DNA of 64,000 nucleotides, taken from contig CATNEN010000039.1 in assembly GCA_950097015.1 (NCBI GenBank), forward strand, positions 2,356,001-2,420,000, in the 5' to 3' direction. The stretch's first letter is position 1. Each line of letters begins with the position of its first letter. Below are positions 56,817 through 64,000 of the stretch, piece after piece. Under the pieces are notes generated by a model, which saw nothing but the letters and a program-made list of their open reading frames with translations, was not told where the DNA came from and made no database searches. A program made the translations under genes and the position numbers. The DNA is from Macrostomum hystrix. Lineage: Eukaryota; Animalia; Platyhelminthes.

Positions 56817-59800
56817 ATGGCCGAGGCTCACCAGGCCGTCGTGTTCACACTGAACGTCACCGACCGCGGCGTGCGCATTGAGTTCGACCGCGCCGCTCTG
56901 GGCAAGGTCTGGCAGTCCGGCCTGCGCGCCTACAAGAAGCGCTACGCCCGGCTGCGGAATCGCATACGCAACGGCGTCTATCCTGCCAGGCCCGGCAGCC
57001 TGTGGCTGGTCATGTTGCTTATGATTGTCGCGGCGATGCTGGGCAGCGACTTGTCTTTGGGCTTTGCTGGGCTGCTTAATCGAGCGGTGCAGCGGTGAGT
57101 GTGCTCAAAGTTCATGTAGGCCACTCTTACTTTGGGGTTGCCATCCTAAATGAAGTATCGTAGTAGGAAAAAAACAAGATTCGCTGACTCGCCAACAACC
57201 AGGTATCTCAAGGTAGTGCCGCCACATGACACCTACGTGTCCTACATAATCGTTGCCATCACCGTCTGGCTGACAGCGGCCATGCTGCACAGGTGCATGA
57301 TCGGGCTGCTGCTCTCCTACCATGGCTGGATGTACGAATCGCGCGGCTCGGTGACTCAGCGCACGCGCATCTGGGCGGTGCTCATGCGCCTTCTGGTGGG
57401 CAGCGGCACCAGCAACCGCCGTGTTGGCCTGTACAGCTTCCAGGGTGCTCTACCGACGCTCCCAGTGCCAGCTCTGGGCGACACCGTGCGGCGCTACCTG
57501 GCGTCCGTGGAGCCGCTGCTGAGCGAGGCCGAGTTAACCGAAATGCGGCGCCTGGCGGATGAGTTCAAGGTTTTAAATAGTGAAAAAAATAATTTTTAGC
57601 GAGGAGTTTGCTCCAAGATCTCCCGAGATTTCAATCGATGCTCCCCTTGAGAGTTTTTGCGTCAAAAGCAAAACCTCCTACTCGTCAGTAGAATATACCA
57701 GCACTCGAAATTCTACAGGAGCTTTACAGTCTATTGTACTTTTAGGACAGAGGAAAAGTCCAGTCCGCACAGAAAAACCACTACCGCCCTTTGCCCTCTA
57801 TCTGTCCCTCAGTCCGGTGTCGGTGGCAAGCTGCAGTTCTACTTGCGCCTGAAATCCTGGTGGGCGCCGAACTACGTCAGCGACTGGTGGGAAGAATTCG
57901 TCTACCTATACAGTCGCGACCCCATCATGATCAATTCGAATTACTACGGCCTTGACTGCCTATTTGTGCAGCCGACTCGCCTGCAGGCGGCTCGCGCGGC
58001 AAATGTCACCTGGGGCCTGCTGCAAAGCTGGCGCCGAGTCTGCCGAGAGGAGACCAGGCCTCTGTTTGTTGGGGACTCGGTGAGTCAGCTTTCTATCGAT
58101 TCAGTCATTTATTCAGCGTGCAAAAAGCTTTTTTATGAAGCAAACGTCATGTAACTCGTCTACTACCAGGTGCCACTCTGCAGTTGGCAGTACGAGCGCG
58201 CATTCGCCACCACCCGTGTGCCAGGTGAGGAGCGCGATCACCTTGTGCATCTGAACGACACCAAGCACATTGCTGTGCACCATGCGGGCAGGTACTACAT
58301 GTTGTACTTTTATCACAACAACCGCTGGCTGGAGCCGTGCGAGCTGGAGGATCAGATTCAGCGCATCCTGGATGACAAATCCGAGCCGGCGCCGGGAGAG
58401 CGCCAGCTCGGTGCCCTCACCGCCGGCGAGCGGACTGCCTGGGCTCGCGCTCGAACCCGCTACTTCGCCCGCGGCGTCAACAAGGCCAGCCTGGAGGCGC
58501 TCGAGGAGGCGGCCTTCGTGCTGGCTCTAGACGACGAGGCTGCTGATTATGACCCCGCCGATGACAGCAAGCTGAATCGCTACGCCGAGCTGCTTCTGCA
58601 CGGAGACGGCTGCAACCGCTGGTTTGACAAGTCCTTCACTCTGGTTGTCTTCTCCAATGGGCGGGTGAGTTTGCACATAGTTAGCAACTCTTCTATTGTG
58701 ACTCCGTTCATATCCAACTCTAAGTAGCGTCTTAAAAAACTTTCAGATCGGACTGAATGCGGAACATAGCTGGTAATTTTTATATACTGAAGTAGCAAAC
58801 ATATTTGCAGGGGCTGCGGGAACGTTAGCTGTACATTTGTACCCTGAATCATCGTCAGGCTGTGTTCACTCTCACTCAGCCTTGGAGTTGTCCTTCTTGG
58901 AAGTAAATTGTATCACAAGCCCCTGAGCCTTCTCCCCGCTTCTGTACCCCAATTGAATGTGGCCAAGACGTAAGATTCGAGTTCAGGAACCTTGGTGTGA
59001 GTCGTGTGCGCTGCCGCTGCATTCAAAGCCCCTACTCGTAGCTAGTAAAGACCAGAATATGAAATTCTCGAACGTTTGAATCAAAAGTAAATTGGCTTTT
59101 AAAATATTTTAGGGCCGACGCCCCAATCTTAGGGCAGATCTGGGAAGAGGTGACGATCATCTACGACCAGAGCGGCACCTGCTACGACTCCGATGGTCAC
59201 TGCGCCGTTCGGTCAAATCAGCAGCCCTCAGCAGCCGCCTCTTTTATGACCAAAGCGGCCCCAATTAGACTGCAGTGGGACCTCAGCGAGGCCTGCATCG
59301 AGGTCATCGATCACCAGCTGCGGGTGGCCCGCAACCTCATCGAAGATGTCGAGTTGCACCTCGTTGTGCACCAAGCTTTCGGCAAGGGCGCCATCAAGGC
59401 CTGCTCGGTCAGTCCGGACGCATTCATTCAGCTGGCCCTGCAATTGGCCTACTTCCGCGACAGCGGCGGGCAGTTCTGCCTCACCTACGAGGCCTCGATG
59501 ACGCGCCTGTTTAGAGAGGGCCGCACCGAGACTGTGCGCTCGTGCACCAACGAGTCCTGCGCCTTTGTGCGCGCGTTCGAGTCCGGAAGCGCCAGTGTGA
59601 GTCCCTGTTTCTGGAAGCTGCCAGTCTCAGCATTTTCAACGGACCTCGCATCCTAGTTTTTAACCACAAACAGAATCAACTTTAGGCAGAATTTGACAAA
59701 CATCTGTGCCCCTGTCTGACAAAAAATTAAATATCTGCAGGAGGGCTGTGGGTACTGGTACATCAGCAGATTTCAGTCGACCTACAGCCAGCTACTCTTG

Positions 59801-61682
59801 GAGGGCTCATGGAGGGCAGAAGTACTCGAAATTCTGCTCATTCAGCTGGCTCCAAAACACAAATCACTGTACGCAGTCACACATTGACACATGTGTACAT
59901 TTGCCCTGACTTTCTTATGAGCCGTTATGAGCGTAACTGCACGACAAGGCCCCAAAATAATGTAGCCTCACCACGAATTCGAGCTCAGGAACATTGGTGC
60001 GATAGGACGCGTTAATTCATTTTGACGAGCCTTTTCATGTAAAAATTTTATTCAATTTACCGATTCGTTCTAGAACGCGGAGCTCCGCAGCCTGATGAGA
60101 GCAGCGGCCGAGAAGCACCAGGCCATGTACCGGGACGCCATGACTGGCCGCGGCGTTGATCGACACCTGTTCGCGCTCTACGTAATGTCGAAGTACTGTC
60201 GGACCAGCTCGCCATTCCTGGACCGGGCGCTGCAGAGCCAGTGGAAGCTGTCCACCTCGCAGACTCCACATGGCCTGACGGGCCAGCTGGACTTAATCCG
60301 ACACCCGGAGCGAATTTCCGGCGGAGGCGGCTTCGGGCCCGTCTCCAACGACGGCTACGGAGTATCCTACATTATCGGCGGCGAAGATACCATCTTCTTT
60401 CATATCAGCAGCCGTGTTAGTTGCCAGCTGACGGTGAGCTTGACTCCTTGCTATTTTCATCCGTTGCTTTGGAGGGCTCATTGTCACCACAGTGTTTTGG
60501 AGGGCTCATTGTCACCACAGTGTTTTGGAGGGCTCATTGTCACCACAGTGTTTTGGAGGGCTCATTGTCACCACAGTGTTTTGGAGGGCTCATTGTCACC
60601 ACAGTGTTTTGGAGGGCTCATTGTCACCACAGTGTTTTGGAGGGCTCATTGTCACCACAGTGTTTTGGAGGGCTCATTGTCACCACAGTGTTTTGGAGGG
60701 CTCATTGTCACCACAGTGTTTTGGAGGGCTCATTGTCACCACAGTGTTTTGGAGGGCTCATTGTCACCACAGTGTTTTGGAGGGCTCATTGTCACCACAG
60801 TGTTTTGGAGGGCTCATTGTCACCACAGTGTTTTGGAGGGCTCATTGTCACCACAGTGTTTTGGAGGGCTCATTGTCACCACAGTGTTTTGGAGGGCTCA
60901 TTGTCACCACAGTGTTTTGGAGGGCTCATTGTCACCACAGTGTTTTGGAGGGCTCATTGTCACCACAGTGTTTTGGAGGGCTCATTGTCACCACAGTGTT
61001 TTGGAGGGCTCATTGTCACCACAGTGTTTTGGAGGGCTCATTGTCACCACAGTGTTTTGGAGGGCTCATTGTCACCACAGTGTTTTGGAGGGCTCATTGT
61101 CACCACAGTGTTTTGGAGGGCTCATTGTCACCACAGTGTTTTGGAGGGCTCATTGTCACCACAGTGTTCTGGAGGGCTCATTGTCACCACAGTGTTTTGG
61201 AGGGCTCATTGTCACCACAGTACTTTGGAGGGCTCATTGTCACCACAGTGTTTTGGAGGGCTCATTGTCACCACAGTGTTTTGGAGGGCTCATTGTCACC
61301 ACAGTGTTTCGGAGGGCTCATTGTCACCACAGTACTTTGGAGGGCTCATTGTCACCACAGTACTTTGGAGGGCTCATTGTCACCACAGTGCTTTTGGAGG
61401 GCTCATTGTCACCACAGTGTTTTGGAGGGCTCATTGTCACCACAGTGCTTTTGGAGGGCTCATTGTCACCACAGTGCTTTTGGAGGGCTCATTGTCACCA
61501 CAGTGCTTTGGAGGGCTCATTGTCACCACAGTGCTTTTGGAGGGTTCATTGTTACCACATTGCTTTGGAGGGTTCATTCATTCCAATCTATTTGCACTTT
61601 ATCATTCCAGAATTCGCGACGCTTTGGTGAGCGTATCTGTGAGGCGATGCTCAACTTGAAGGACCTGTGCTCCAAGAAGTGA
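56817..61682 (+). CDS. CPT1: Carnitine O-palmitoyltransferase 1, 8 exons, 782 aa
   Basis: Exons 56817-57094 (MAEAHQAV), 57203-57569, 57813-58079 ([13 protein letters not shown]), 58170-58664 (NRWFDKSF), 58747-58772 (IGLNAEHSW, catalytic His), 59113-59596 ([19 protein letters not shown]), 60074-60433 (LSTSQTP, GGGFGPV), 61611-61682. Total 2349 nt, in frame. Confidence 0.97.
58898..59000 (+). mobile_element. Dispersed repeat family B, partial copy 3 (CPT1 intron)
   Basis: GTAAATTG..AAGCCCCTGAGCCTTCTCCCCGC..CCCCAATTGAATGTGGCC..ATTCGAGTTCAGGAAC. Confidence 0.6.
59820..60000 (+). mobile_element. Dispersed repeat family B, copy 4 (CPT1 intron)
   Basis: CTGTACGCAGTCACACA..TGTGTACAT..CCCTGACTTTCTTAT..GCGTAACTGCACGACAAG..ATTCGAGCTCAGGAAC. 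Confidence 0.6.
60468..61578. repeat. 28-bp minisatellite (TTTTGGAGGGCTCATTGTCACCACAGTG)n filling the last CPT1 intron
   Basis: Intron 60434-61610; the left part is perfect and the right part is variant. Confidence 0.98.
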
Positions 61683-62332
61683 CCTTGCGGTGACCTCCTA
61701 CTGTCTGACGAGTATGATCAGCGGACATTGTTGCGCTTCCGTGTTACGTGTGCATCACATAATCTTGTATTCCATCCAGTACTGCGGTCACTATTGAGTT
61801 CAGTGACGACAATAATTCAACGAGCAAGCCTATTTTCTGAAATAATATTTTTCGTTAGAGTCCATTAAGAGCCTTCATTGTTTTCGCGCTGAAATAAATT
61901 ATGCTGGTAAAATGACCCTGAATGTGACCGCTATTCAGCGCTTATCCAGATCAGTTTCTATCCACTATTTGCTAAAGGGCATTTATTCGCTTAAATTATC
62001 ATTCTTCTAATTCTCAAGCACCATAGATCAAGCTCAGAGTATTTTTAGGCTCAGCAATCGTTACAGATATTTAACTAGCGATAAGACAGCCCATCGCATT
62101 GACTTATTTCCTGTTGACTTTTTTGGGGGCTCCCAACTCAACGAGCTCAAGGATTATTGCCGCGCAGTCTTGGTGTCTGTGACCTCCATTTGTACTGGAC
62201 TAAAATTCTTATAGACGAATATGAGCGATCAAATCTTAGCTAGGTCGGATCAAGATAGCGAGTTAGATAATCAGTCTGTTTATCAATGAAATAACAGATC
62301 GGTGAAAAATGGATCGATGCACTGACTGGACT

Positions 62333-64000
62333 ATGAAATTATTGGATTGATGAAATTATTGGATTGATGAAATTATTAGATTGATGAAATTATTGGATTG
62401 ATGAAATTATTGGATTGATGAATTGATTAGATCGATGAATTGTTGAATAAATCAAATGATTGGATCGATGAATTGTTGAATAAATCAAATGATTGGATCG
62501 ATGAATTGTTAAATCAATCAAATGATTGGATCGATGAATTGTTGAATAAATCAAATGATTAGATCGATGAATTGATTAGATCGATGAATTGTTGAATAAA
62601 TCAAATGATTGGATCGATGAATTGTTGAATAAATCAAATGATTGGATCGATGAATTGTTGAATCAATCAAATGATTGGATCGATGAATTGTTGAATCAAT
62701 CAGATGATTGGATCGATGAATTGTTAAATCAATCAAATGATTGGATCGATGAATTGTTGAATAAATCAAATGATTGGATCGATGAATTGTTGAATCAATC
62801 AAATGATTGGATCGATGAATTGTTAAATAAATCAAATGATTGGATCGATGAATTGTTAAATCAATCAAATGATTGGATCGATGAATTGTTGAATAAATCA
62901 AATGATTAGATCGATGAATTGATTAGATCGATGAATTGTTGAATAAATCAAATGATTGGATCGATGAATTGTTGAATAAATCAAATGATTGGATCGATGA
63001 ATTGTTGAATAAATCAAATGATTGGATCGATGAATTGTTAAATAAATCAAATGATTGGATCGATGAATTGTTAAATAAATCAAATGATTGGATCGATGAA
63101 TTGTTGAATAAATCAAATGATTAGATCGATGAATTGATTAGATCGATGAATTGTTGAATAAATCAAATGATTGGATCGATGAATTGTTGAATAAATCAAA
63201 TGATTGGATCGATGAATTGTTGAATAAATCAAATGATTGGATCGATGAATTGTTGAATAAATCAAATGATTGGATCGATGAATTGTTGAATAAATCAAAT
63301 GATTGGATCGATGAATTGTTGAATCAATCAAATGATTGGATCGATGAATTGTTGAATCAATCAAATGATTGGATCGATGAATTGTTGAATAAATCAAATG
63401 ATTGGATCGATGAATTGTTGAATCAATCAAATGATTGGATCGATGAATTGTTAAATAAATCAAATGATTGGATCGATGAATTGTTGAATCAATCAAATGA
63501 TTGGATCGATGAATTGTTGAATAAATCAAATGATTGGATCGATGAATTGTTAAATAAATCAAATGACTCGATCGATGAATTGTTGAATAAATCAAATGAT
63601 TGGATCGATGAATTGTTGAATAAATCAAATGATTAGATCGATGAATTGTTGAATAAATCAAATGATTGGATCGATGAATTGTTGAATAAATCAAATGATT
63701 GGATCGATGAATTGTTGAATAAATCAAATGATTGGATCGATGAATTGTTGAATAAATCAAATGATTGGATCGATGAATTGTTGAATAAATCAAATGATTG
63801 GATCGATGAATTGTTGAATAAATCAAATGATTGGATCGATGAATTGTTGAATAAATCAAATGATTGGATCGATGAATTGTTGAATAAATCAAATGATTGG
63901 ATCGATGAATTGTTGAATAAATCAAATGATTGGATCGATGAATTGTTGAATAAATCAAATGATTGGATCGATGAATTGTTGAATAAATCAAATGATTGGA
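62333..64000. repeat. 33-bp minisatellite (ATCGATGAATTGTTGAATAAATCAAATGATTGG)n preceded by a related 17-bp repeat; runs off the window end
   Basis: Direct inspection. Confidence 0.98.

Noticed and set aside
60434-61610. 511-aa ORF extending CPT1 with [12 protein letters not shown] repeats
   Set aside because: Read-through into an intron bounded by ACG|gtgagc and ttccag|AAT. The spliced product restores the normal CPT1 C-terminus.

Overview
This is eukaryotic animal genomic DNA with GC-rich exons, GT-AG introns, many polyQ tracts and about 30 different minisatellite arrays. The style resembles the flatworm Macrostomum, which is inference only. Seven protein-coding genes can be built by hand with splice phases checked. 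On +: the 3' part of an L-type Ca2+ channel alpha-1 gene (Cav1, 3507-11081) and carnitine palmitoyltransferase 1 (56817-61682). On -: five tandem genes, namely a universal stress protein, FoxJ2/3, an intronless SLC22-like transporter, a carotenoid cleavage oxygenase with an apparent signal peptide, and a 14-16 exon rdgB-alpha/PITPNM. Most long ORFs in the supplied track are artefacts of tandem repeats. The main leads are: (1) many introns look like mini-introns inflated by one private minisatellite, often starting at or copying a splice site, and unrelated arrays share core motifs; (2) hidden symmetric microexons in rdgB, one carrying a second FFAT-like motif; (3) a candidate post-IQ exon that would truncate Cav1, plus an in-frame GC-AG intron; (4) a secretory-type carotenoid oxygenase; (5) an AT-rich FoxJ2/3 first exon with sharply different codon usage; (6) two dispersed repeat families. 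No prokaryotic-type system such as CRISPR is supported.
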